DNA of 60,889 nucleotides from a virus. Lineage: Duplodnaviria; Heunggongvirae; Uroviricota; Caudoviricetes. Position 1 is the first letter of the stretch; each line of letters begins with the position of its first letter. The stretch lies in IMG/VR virus record IMGVR_UViG_3300028833_000055, positions 302,446 to 363,334 of that record; one strand, 5' to 3'. A program made the position numbers and the translations under genes. Shown piece after piece: positions 9,179 through 16,571 of this stretch. The notes beneath the pieces were generated by a model that searched no databases, was not told where the DNA came from, and saw only the letters and a list, made by a program, of their open reading frames with translations.

Positions 9179-9611
9179 TACGCTCTATATTTTTCTTATA
9201 TGCCTTTTCAAATACCAGCTGGCTTTCCGGCCATTCAATATTTTCACCTTGGTGTTTCACAAGATAAACCCAGTCATTGCAGTCGTTGTCCCAACGCACA
9301 CCTTTCACTTCGCCCATCTCATTTTCATCCTTCAAAGTGAATGAGAGATATCCCAGTACGTCTCCGACTTCGAACCTATGGTTTTCACCGGGAGTCCAGG
9401 TTTCCGCCCAGTATCCGTACTTGGGCAGTTCCATACAGTCGAATACCCGTCTGAACTTGTGGTGTCCCGGTATGACTTTCCAGTCACCCCAAGTACCGTG
9501 CAGATATCCGGACAAATCTACGGACTCGACTTCACCGTACCACGCTCTTCTCGGGTCATCGTCGTCGAGGATGACTATGGTGTCACCTGCGGTTATGTTA
9601 CATCTCATCAT
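9159..9611 (-). CDS. hypothetical protein, N-terminus DUF4314-like
   Basis: GDTIVI...GEVESVD.SGYLHGTWG; start trimmed. Confidence 0.6.
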   Translation of the reverse strand: MMRCNITAGDTIVILDDDDPRRAWYGEVESVDLSGYLHGTWGDWKVIPGHHKFRRVFDCMELPKYGYWAETWTPGENHRFEVGDVLGYLSFTLKDENEMGEVKGVRWDNDCNDWVYLVKHQGENIEWPESQLVFEKAYKKNIERNDESGN

Positions 9612-9804
9612 CCTCATCCTCCTCTTCGTCACCGCAGTATCCGGAAACCGGTTTGTCAAGGCAATCCTCGTAGAAGACCGTGTACCGGTTCCCACCTTCC
9701 GTTATCTTGATATACGCATCGCACAGGTCCCATCCGTTTTCGAGCCACTCGTTCTGCAAGTCGGCGACTTCCTTTGTGTTGTAGCAGATTCTAAATGTTA
9801 TCAT
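9598..9804 (-). CDS. small acidic hypothetical protein
   Basis: 68-aa tiled ORF. Confidence 0.6.
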   Translation of the reverse strand: MITFRICYNTKEVADLQNEWLENGWDLCDAYIKITEGGNRYTVFYEDCLDKPVSGYCGDEEEDEDDEM

Positions 9805-9807
9805 AGC

Positions 9808-10467
9808 CTATTTCTTTTTTTCACGCTTTCCGATGGCCGCATACAGGGCGGACGACCAGTTCTTCAGTTCGTCCGGAGTCACCGGCACTATCTCACGGTT
9901 CAGCCATTCCTCTTCGGTCATACCGTCTATGTTGATGAACTTGTCGTGCCTTATGGTCCTTACTACAGTGTCGGAGTGTGTAATCAGAAGTACTCCATAC
10001 GTCTTGTCACGCACCGTCTCCGGGTCGAGTATCCCGTTAAGCCAGAGGCAAGTTCCGGTCTGTACTTCCTTCGACATTCCGGTTTCGAGCTCATCGATTA
10101 CCAGGAACCTCTTCCCGCCATTTCCTTCGCTTTCATTGAAGACATCAAGAAGACCTTCCAGAAGACAGACGGTATGTTCCGACGTGCTTTCCCACGGGAG
10201 GTCTTTCATTATGGAGTCGAGTCCCGTCCCAAGCAGCGAGCCCGGAGTGTTGACACGCATCTGCATCGAGATGGATGAAACAACACTCTTGTCACAGCCG
10301 AGCTTTTTCATCAGATGACAGCTCAAAAGCTTTCTGATGACCGACTTGCCGGTTGCGTTTCCTCCGGTGAGGATTGTTATCTTTCCAGTCTCTATCTCAT
10401 CGAGTATGTCTATCAGACGGTCGATATGATTGTTGAGATTCTTCTTTGAAATATTCTTGTAGTCCAT
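9808..10467 (-). CDS. soluble ABC-superfamily ATPase
   Basis: Walker A GGNATGKS, Walker B LVIDE, H-loop LITHS; start MDYKN. Confidence 0.82.
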   Translation of the reverse strand: MDYKNISKKNLNNHIDRLIDILDEIETGKITILTGGNATGKSVIRKLLSCHLMKKLGCDKSVVSSISMQMRVNTPGSLLGTGLDSIMKDLPWESTSEHTVCLLEGLLDVFNESEGNGGKRFLVIDELETGMSKEVQTGTCLWLNGILDPETVRDKTYGVLLITHSDTVVRTIRHDKFINIDGMTEEEWLNREIVPVTPDELKNWSSALYAAIGKREKKK

Positions 10468-11093
10468 TATTCCGTTATTTTCCAAACCTTGCCTATTTCC
10501 GTCTTTCCCCCGTCGAGCTCCACTATGCACTCCTTCGCCCATTCCGTCATCGACCCGCCATTTTTGAGTGAGGCGTATTTCTCCAGATATCTTCTGATGA
10601 CCGGTATCTTTTCCTTCGTCACCATATTGTAGGCGTGATACTTTCCGTCCTCTTCGAGGAACGCCTGGAACTTCTTGACACCGCCGCCAACCGAGTACGT
10701 ATATCCGGTGGGTACGCCGAGGCTTTTGCTTCCCAGAATCATATTATGCACGTTGGTGAGGAAGACCTGCATCACCATGTTCTCGTCACCGGAGCCCTTC
10801 AGATATTCCTTTTCACATATTATAAGGTTGTTGCACATACAGCAGAAGTCGTGTGTCGTCTTCATAAGTATGACGTAGTACGGGTCGGTTTCGTCCGAAG
10901 TGTTCCAGATGTTCCTTGCCAGCAGAAGGAACTTTTTACATACATCTTTCAGCAGACTTCTGTCGAACTTTTCCCAGTAGGGGTGTTCCTTTATCTCGTC
11001 GTGGGTCTTCCGTAAAATACCCAGTCTTTTCTGTCTTTCCTCTTCAGTCATCTTCCTGTTAAAAACGGGAGGATGTTTCACCTCCCTTGGCAC
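10467..11093 (-). CDS. hypothetical protein
   Basis: 208-aa ORF, 1-nt overlap with next gene. Confidence 0.75.
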   Translation of the reverse strand: MPREVKHPPVFNRKMTEEERQKRLGILRKTHDEIKEHPYWEKFDRSLLKDVCKKFLLLARNIWNTSDETDPYYVILMKTTHDFCCMCNNLIICEKEYLKGSGDENMVMQVFLTNVHNMILGSKSLGVPTGYTYSVGGGVKKFQAFLEEDGKYHAYNMVTKEKIPVIRRYLEKYASLKNGGSMTEWAKECIVELDGGKTEIGKVWKITE

Positions 11094-11131
11094 AAATTAT
11101 TACTTCCGCCACACCTAATCCCGGTGTGCAT

Positions 11132-11668
11132 CTATTCTTTAAGTCTGTCGATGTCCATCTCTTCAAAAATCTTCAGAAATCTTTCGAATTCGGGATTCCG
11201 CCACGCCGTCATTGCATAGGGCACCGGATTGGTGTAGTGGTAACCGTTCAGCTCTATGTGTTTCTCGGCCGCACGCCTGGTCAGAAAGCATCCGGTCTGT
11301 TCCGAAATGCAGAAGCACTTCTCGGTCTCCACTGTCCTTACTTCCCTGTCGAGCCTCTCGGAGGCGAACTCGACCACCGCTTCCATATCCGTCTTGTCGA
11401 CTTCATCCCAGCCGGCAACCGTCTCGTCGTCCCAGTCCTCATCGGAAATGCACGTATCTATGATTTCCACGTACTCGTCGAGCGAATAGGACATACAGTC
11501 TCCGGTACTGTCGACTATCTTGACTTCATCCCCGCATCCGTCGGCGGTAGGTCTTTCGACCGTCTCGCCTATCCCCCAGAACCTCGGGGTTGCCTGGCCG
11601 CAGGTGTCCTGTGTCTTCATCTCGTTCTGAAGCTCCTTCAGAAACTCTATGTCTTCCTTCGTCAGCAT
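11132..11668 (-). CDS. conserved hypothetical phage protein
   Basis: Start MLTKEDIEF; TQD...PRFW and FLT..A..HI..N.YHY motifs. Confidence 0.75.
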   Translation of the reverse strand: MLTKEDIEFLKELQNEMKTQDTCGQATPRFWGIGETVERPTADGCGDEVKIVDSTGDCMSYSLDEYVEIIDTCISDEDWDDETVAGWDEVDKTDMEAVVEFASERLDREVRTVETEKCFCISEQTGCFLTRRAAEKHIELNGYHYTNPVPYAMTAWRNPEFERFLKIFEEMDIDRLKE

Positions 11669-11673
11669 ATTTC

Positions 11674-12249
11674 CTATAATATCTTCATTCCTTCTGCGTT
11701 GAACTTTGACACCGGATTGTCCTTTCCGAGCTTCTCCATCATCGAGATGCACTCGTGTCTGTCGATTTCGCCGGAAAGCATCCGGCCGATGAGCCTGTAG
11801 AAATCCAGGTTCGACCTTGTGACCTGCTCCACGGTGGCGTTTATCGAGTAGTACTCCGCCTCGTCGACATTGGATATGAACATCGAGGAGAAGAATCCGT
11901 GAAGTCCGGTCAGTGCGGCGAACTCCGAACAGTGGCAGGAAATCCCTATCACGTTGTTCGCCTTTATCCGGAAGACGTTTTCCTCGTGCAGCACATATGA
12001 CTGGAACGACTTCGGTACAAGCAGTCCGTATGGCGTTCCGTGCCCGCAGAACAGAAGCGTGTCCTTCTCCTTCCCTATGGCGAACTCCACCATCTTCCTT
12101 CTCAGATTGTTCCAGTGGTTTACATGCACCACCGTCAAGTCTATTTCGGGAGGCAGGTCCTTCCACATCGTGCTTAGAATGGAGGTGTCGTCGTCACCCC
12201 AGTCACACCATATTACTGTTACGCTTCTTTTCATTGCCTGTGTCTTCAT
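11674..12249 (-). CDS. hypothetical protein (alpha/beta fold; GHG and C motifs)
   Basis: 191-aa ORF downstream of ncRNA 12258-12346. Confidence 0.7.
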   Translation of the reverse strand: MKTQAMKRSVTVIWCDWGDDDTSILSTMWKDLPPEIDLTVVHVNHWNNLRRKMVEFAIGKEKDTLLFCGHGTPYGLLVPKSFQSYVLHEENVFRIKANNVIGISCHCSEFAALTGLHGFFSSMFISNVDEAEYYSINATVEQVTRSNLDFYRLIGRMLSGEIDRHECISMMEKLGKDNPVSKFNAEGMKIL

Positions 12250-12257
12250 TTGAAAAA

Positions 12258-12346
12258 AGACGGCCGGTCCAAGAATCCTTAAAAAACATCGTCCACTTCG
12301 ATAAATCTTAAAAGGTTCGCTGTATGATTCTTTAATCCGGTCGTCT
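12258..12346 (-). ncRNA. ACAGCGA stem-loop small RNA (skipping-rope-like)
   Basis: AAGAATC-AT-ACAGCGA...GATTCTTG inside outer stem AGACGACCGG/CCGGCCGTCT + T6; own promoter at 12374-12381. Confidence 0.65.
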
Positions 12347-12381
12347 CATTGTTTAACTTAAAAACCTACATTACAAAGATA

Positions 12382-12924
12382 CTATTTGTTTTCGAAAAAA
12401 TTCAGATTTCCGTAATTTTTTTCAATCTTTTTTACCAGCCATCTTCTCGCCCGAAGGAAATAGACCTTCGCCGTGCTTTCCGAGATGGAAAGCCTTCCGG
12501 CGATGTCCTTGAATTTCAGACCGTCTCTTCTCATTTCGAAAACTCTCATCAGATATCCGGGCATTTCATCCGCCATCTTTCCGAGTTCCGTCAAATCTTG
12601 ATTCCTTTCCGTGCTCTCGACGGGAAAGTCGGGGCAGTCGTCCATAGGGACAAGTACGATTCCTGCGTTTTTCCGTAGACGGTTGACCGCCTCGTTCCTC
12701 GTCAGGCTCATAATCCATCCGCCAAAGCTTCCTCTCTCCGAATATCTTCCGATGTTTTCGAAAATCTTTACGAAACATTCGGAAACAGTGTCGTCCACGT
12801 CGGCCTCGTTCTTCAGATATCTCCGGCAGAGCGATTTCATCTTGTTTCCGAAGGTTTCATAGAGCATATTCCACCCTTGCTCGTCGTTTTCACGGCATTT
12901 CAGTGCGATTTCATTTTCTTTCAT
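12382..12924 (-). CDS. ECF-type sigma factor
   Basis: Region 2 (CRRYL..EADVDD.V.E.FVKIF..I..Y..RGSF.GWI..L.RN) and region 4 HTH (FKDIAGRLSISESTAK). Confidence 0.88.
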   Translation of the reverse strand: MKENEIALKCRENDEQGWNMLYETFGNKMKSLCRRYLKNEADVDDTVSECFVKIFENIGRYSERGSFGGWIMSLTRNEAVNRLRKNAGIVLVPMDDCPDFPVESTERNQDLTELGKMADEMPGYLMRVFEMRRDGLKFKDIAGRLSISESTAKVYFLRARRWLVKKIEKNYGNLNFFENK

Positions 12925-13376
12925 TACATTTCACCGTTTCCGAAGACTCTATCGTACACTCTTCTGAGGAAATCCTCGTTGAATATCACCTGACGGGTGC
13001 GTGTGATGAACTTTCCGGCCTGAGTAGGTATCTTGTACGATACCGTCAAAGACTTTCCCGCAGTCTCGATGAGGTCTTCGAGCAGTTCCTTCCATCTGGT
13101 CTTGGAGTCACGCTTCATTTCGAAGTAGTCCATAAGGTATTCACCCTGCTTTTCCCAGTCGTGGTAGTCAACTCCCCACGGTTTCCCGCCGGCGAAGTCG
13201 GAGAACTTCATAACGAACTTATTGCCCGTCTTCCCCCTTGACTTCATCTCCTCCGAACCGGTCTCCTTTATTATGTCCATGACGGCATTCCGGATTTTTT
13301 CCTCGAGTTCGTTCCTCTCGGTCTCTATCTCGGAGAGCCTGCTGTTCATTTTTTCAATTTCTTCCCTTCTGTCCAT
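12924..13376 (-). CDS. hypothetical protein, coiled-coil N-terminus
   Basis: 150-aa tiled ORF. Confidence 0.7.
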   Translation of the reverse strand: MDRREEIEKMNSRLSEIETERNELEEKIRNAVMDIIKETGSEEMKSRGKTGNKFVMKFSDFAGGKPWGVDYHDWEKQGEYLMDYFEMKRDSKTRWKELLEDLIETAGKSLTVSYKIPTQAGKFITRTRQVIFNEDFLRRVYDRVFGNGEM

Positions 13377-13393
13377 AGTTTTTTTTACTTTAT

Positions 13394-15370
13394 TTATTTG
13401 TAGTCAGAGACAGGCCAGAGGGGTTCCTCTTCATTCCGCTTCATTCTCTCTCCGGTACGGACTTTCTTGGGATTCAGTATGTCCCGGCAGATTTCCGACA
13501 GGTCTTTCAGGTCCTTGTCACGCCCGTAAGTCTTCTTTGCGTCAAGTATGTGCTTCACCGTGGCCAGACGGAACCCTTCGACAAGTGAAATCTCCGTATC
13601 GAACTCCTCGTTCCCGTCAAGAACCCAGATATTGAACTCCACGTCCTTCCATCTGAATATGAACGGCTTGTGTTTCACTCCCTTGAAGGTGTCATCGGAT
13701 ATCCTGTAGAAGGTGTTGCCTCCGTGAATCTTCGTTATGGTCTGCAAGTCACGGTCAAGCTCCTCGTTTCCCCTTATCACGATGTCCACGTCGTGTATCT
13801 CACGCTCCGGCGGAAGCATTCCGTGCTTGAAAAGGGCGATGCTTCCCGTTATCATCACGTCTTTCCTGTCCAGACGCATCATATCCGTGAACTCCGCTAT
13901 CGTCCGGAGCAGACTTCTGCACGTCCTCTCGTTCATCTCTTCCATCGGAGGACGGGTGGGGCCGGTCTTGTGTGTTTCGTGCTTCCTTTCGAAAAATTTC
14001 ATCCTTGTGTCAGACACAAGGTTCCTTACGAACCCCTCGTCTATGCTCTCACGGATGGTAGATTCGGCACACGCCTTCTGCATCTCGGCCGTCATCTCGT
14101 CGAGCTTCTTGATGAGTTCCGAATATCCGAACTTACGGTTCCTTACATCCATAAGGAAGTCACGGTCACGACCGGTACGGTCGAGTATGAGGCCTTCGCC
14201 CTTCGCTATCTCCGTACACATCGCCACGTTCCTGAAGGAATGGTACATATTCTTGCAGTCGTACTTCATATCGGGGTCTCCGGACTTCTCACCCTCGAGG
14301 TTGGACTCGTATCTCGCCTTGTTACGCTTGCTCTTCCACTCCTCGTACTCCCTGAACTTCTTGCAGTGGCTTCCGTACCCCTCGCTGTTGTAGGTCATCA
14401 TACATACCGGAGTCTCGTCCTTGTTGGTGGAGCAGAGCCTTACCGTGTTGGATGTTCCGTCCTGGTTTATGATGCCGCAGTGTTCACCGTAGGGCGTACT
14501 TGTCTTCTCCCTCATATAGTCGACTATCGTGTATGTCTCGCCGTCTATGATGACGCTCACCTCCGGATAGCGGAGGTCAACCTTGCACAGTGCGTCCACC
14601 AGTTCCTCTTCGGTAATCTCCCCGCTGTTCCTTCTTGCGTATATCTCGTCCTTCTCCTCCAGAGCCTTTCCGACCCTTTCGTCGAACTGCTTTTCGAAAT
14701 GTCTTCTCATAAAGCGGAAGAACCTGCTCTTCGCTTGCATCTCCTCGTCAAGTGTCGTTCCGGCGAGACGGAAGTGCTGGGCGAAGTCGTAGTACATAAG
14801 GTAGCAGTCCTTCATATTGATGAGGTTCACAAGTCCACAGCAGTCCTGACGGAGGTCGTACCTGCCGAGCCACTCCTGTATGTTCACGCTTCCCTGTCTT
14901 CCATCGAAGGTGTAGCAGAAGTCGAGTGGAGTCATACGCTTCATATCCTCCATCTCCCAGTGTATCTTCTTGTTCTGGCCCTGTGCCTTCCTTATCTGTG
15001 AGACGGCGTATCCTCCGAATGGCATGAACGCCGCCTTCGTGACGAACTCGTCACGGTGCTTTCTGATTTCCTTGAAGAGCGGGTGCTCGAAGAGGACAAA
15101 TTCATCCGGAACGAAGAAAGCCTCTATGACGGCGGGGTTGGAAGTCATCGCCAGACGCATAAACTTGCCGAGCTCCCACCACTTAGTGTCGTTCTTCTCG
15201 TCGGACACCTCTTCGGTTATGTCGAAGTCGAAGTCCGGCGGACAGATGAACACGCCGCCCGTGTCGGTGTCGCTCTCCGGTGTGTCGGTGTGGTAGAGCT
15301 TGCTGCCCCTCACGTATTCGAAAAGGAGAAGTCCCCTTTCCCTGATTTCTTCAAATGTAAGTTTACTCAT
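13394..15370 (-). CDS. Pol-beta superfamily nucleotidyltransferase (YcgL/RlaP-like) fused to a second NTase-like domain
   Basis: N-terminal GSKLY.TDTPESDTD and NP..IE; C-terminal ITGSIAL...HDVDIV. Confidence 0.8.
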   Translation of the reverse strand: MSKLTFEEIRERGLLLFEYVRGSKLYHTDTPESDTDTGGVFICPPDFDFDITEEVSDEKNDTKWWELGKFMRLAMTSNPAVIEAFFVPDEFVLFEHPLFKEIRKHRDEFVTKAAFMPFGGYAVSQIRKAQGQNKKIHWEMEDMKRMTPLDFCYTFDGRQGSVNIQEWLGRYDLRQDCCGLVNLINMKDCYLMYYDFAQHFRLAGTTLDEEMQAKSRFFRFMRRHFEKQFDERVGKALEEKDEIYARRNSGEITEEELVDALCKVDLRYPEVSVIIDGETYTIVDYMREKTSTPYGEHCGIINQDGTSNTVRLCSTNKDETPVCMMTYNSEGYGSHCKKFREYEEWKSKRNKARYESNLEGEKSGDPDMKYDCKNMYHSFRNVAMCTEIAKGEGLILDRTGRDRDFLMDVRNRKFGYSELIKKLDEMTAEMQKACAESTIRESIDEGFVRNLVSDTRMKFFERKHETHKTGPTRPPMEEMNERTCRSLLRTIAEFTDMMRLDRKDVMITGSIALFKHGMLPPEREIHDVDIVIRGNEELDRDLQTITKIHGGNTFYRISDDTFKGVKHKPFIFRWKDVEFNIWVLDGNEEFDTEISLVEGFRLATVKHILDAKKTYGRDKDLKDLSEICRDILNPKKVRTGERMKRNEEEPLWPVSDYK

Positions 15371-15400
15371 AAGTCTGTTTCCTTTTTATTTTTTTGAAAC

Positions 15401-15562
15401 CTATCTGATAAATACGGTCTGTTCGCCGCCGATGTTGACGGGCTCCACATCCGTAGCCTCCCTGAAGTATCCGGTCATCTGGTCCTCGTCGAAGTCCCAT
15501 ATCTTCACCTTCGCCCCGCTCGGGACTTTCTGTAGTTTTTCTATAAGTTCTTTTGTATCCAT
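15401..15562 (-). CDS. small hypothetical protein (MDTKELIEKLQKVP...)
   Basis: 53-aa ORF read manually, below track cutoff. Confidence 0.5.
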   Translation of the reverse strand: MDTKELIEKLQKVPSGAKVKIWDFDEDQMTGYFREATDVEPVNIGGEQTVFIR

Positions 15563-15603
15563 CCTTCAACTAATTGATTTAGATTCAGTCCCACGGGAAG
15601 TAC

Positions 15604-15933
15604 TCATTTCCCGACTTTTTCTGTAACATTATACTCGTCCGATGTTATGCCTTTAAGCACCGGCATCCAGGTTCCGCTGTAATTCTTCTTTCCGACAACC
15701 ATCACTTCGGCGTCTGCCGGTCCGTGTCCGACCGGAGGCGGTCCGTACTTGGCGTTGTGGCATCTCACGTACTCCTCCTCGTTGTTCACGGTGATTTCCA
15801 CCCTTATCCACTTGTAGAGGCATCCGAACTTGTTCGGCACGTACGACCTGAGGTCGTTCCACGCATCCCTGTCGTTGTCGTATTCCTTTACGGGTGTTTC
15901 CCACAGGCCCGTCTTTATCATATACTCCGCCAT
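15604..15933 (-). CDS. hypothetical protein
   Basis: 109-aa ORF after promoter at 15950. Confidence 0.7.
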   Translation of the reverse strand: MAEYMIKTGLWETPVKEYDNDRDAWNDLRSYVPNKFGCLYKWIRVEITVNNEEEYVRCHNAKYGPPPVGHGPADAEVMVVGKKNYSGTWMPVLKGITSDEYNVTEKVGK

Positions 15934-15942
15934 AATAGTTTG

Positions 15943-15974
15943 TTTTTTACAAAGATACTATTTATTTTCGAAAG
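15943..15974 (-). promoter_or_regulatory. promoter (-7 TATCTTTG) at trailer end of the CRISPR array
   Basis: 32 bp identical to the copies at ~350 and ~18937. Confidence 0.75.
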
Positions 15975-15979
15975 TCTTT

Positions 15980-16543
15980 CAAAAATCCATCGTATAAAAC
16001 ATAGTGTCCAACATCTGTTTGATTTCGTTGAAAACAAATTTAATAGTTGTATCCACCGTATAAAACATAGTGTCCAACATCTGACAACGGTTTTATAATT
16101 CCCTCTTTTTCGTTGTATTCACCGTATAAAACATAGTGTCCAACATCAGTTGAACCGTCTTTGCTGTGTGTCAGAGTGTTGTATCCACCGTATAAAACAT
16201 AGTGTCCAACATCAGGGTGTTTTTGGACTTCTATGCAATCCAAGTTGTATCCACCGTATAAAACATAGTGTCCAACATCCACGCCGTTACGACCTAAAAA
16301 GTCAGTTTCGTTGTATCCACCGTATAAAACATGGTGTCCAACATCCTTTCGGAAGGTTTCTCCTAGTTCTCCTTCGCTGTATCCACCGTATAAAACATAG
16401 TGTCCAACATCGCTGATATGCGTAACGCAGGACTTGAAGTCGTTGTATCCACCGTATAAAACATAGTGTCCAACATCAAGTTTTCCACCTTCTGCGATAT
16501 ACTTCTCGTTGTATCCACCGTATAAAACATAGTGTCCAACATC
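15980..16543 (-). CRISPR. CRISPR array: 36-bp repeat GATGTTGGACACTATGTTTTATACGGTGGATACAAC, 8 full repeats + 1 degenerate, 8 spacers of 30 bp
   Basis: Repeats start (+) at 16046, 16112, 16178, 16244, 16310, 16376, 16442, 16508; degenerate trailer 15980-16015; single SNPs in three repeats. Confidence 0.98.
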
Positions 16544-16571
16544 TTACTCTGTCTAATTTCTTTTATTCCAG

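Noticed and set aside
16040-16416. ORFs with repeating peptides (DVGHYVLYGGYN / CIHRIKHSVQH)
   Set aside because: Artefact of the 66-bp (22-codon) CRISPR period
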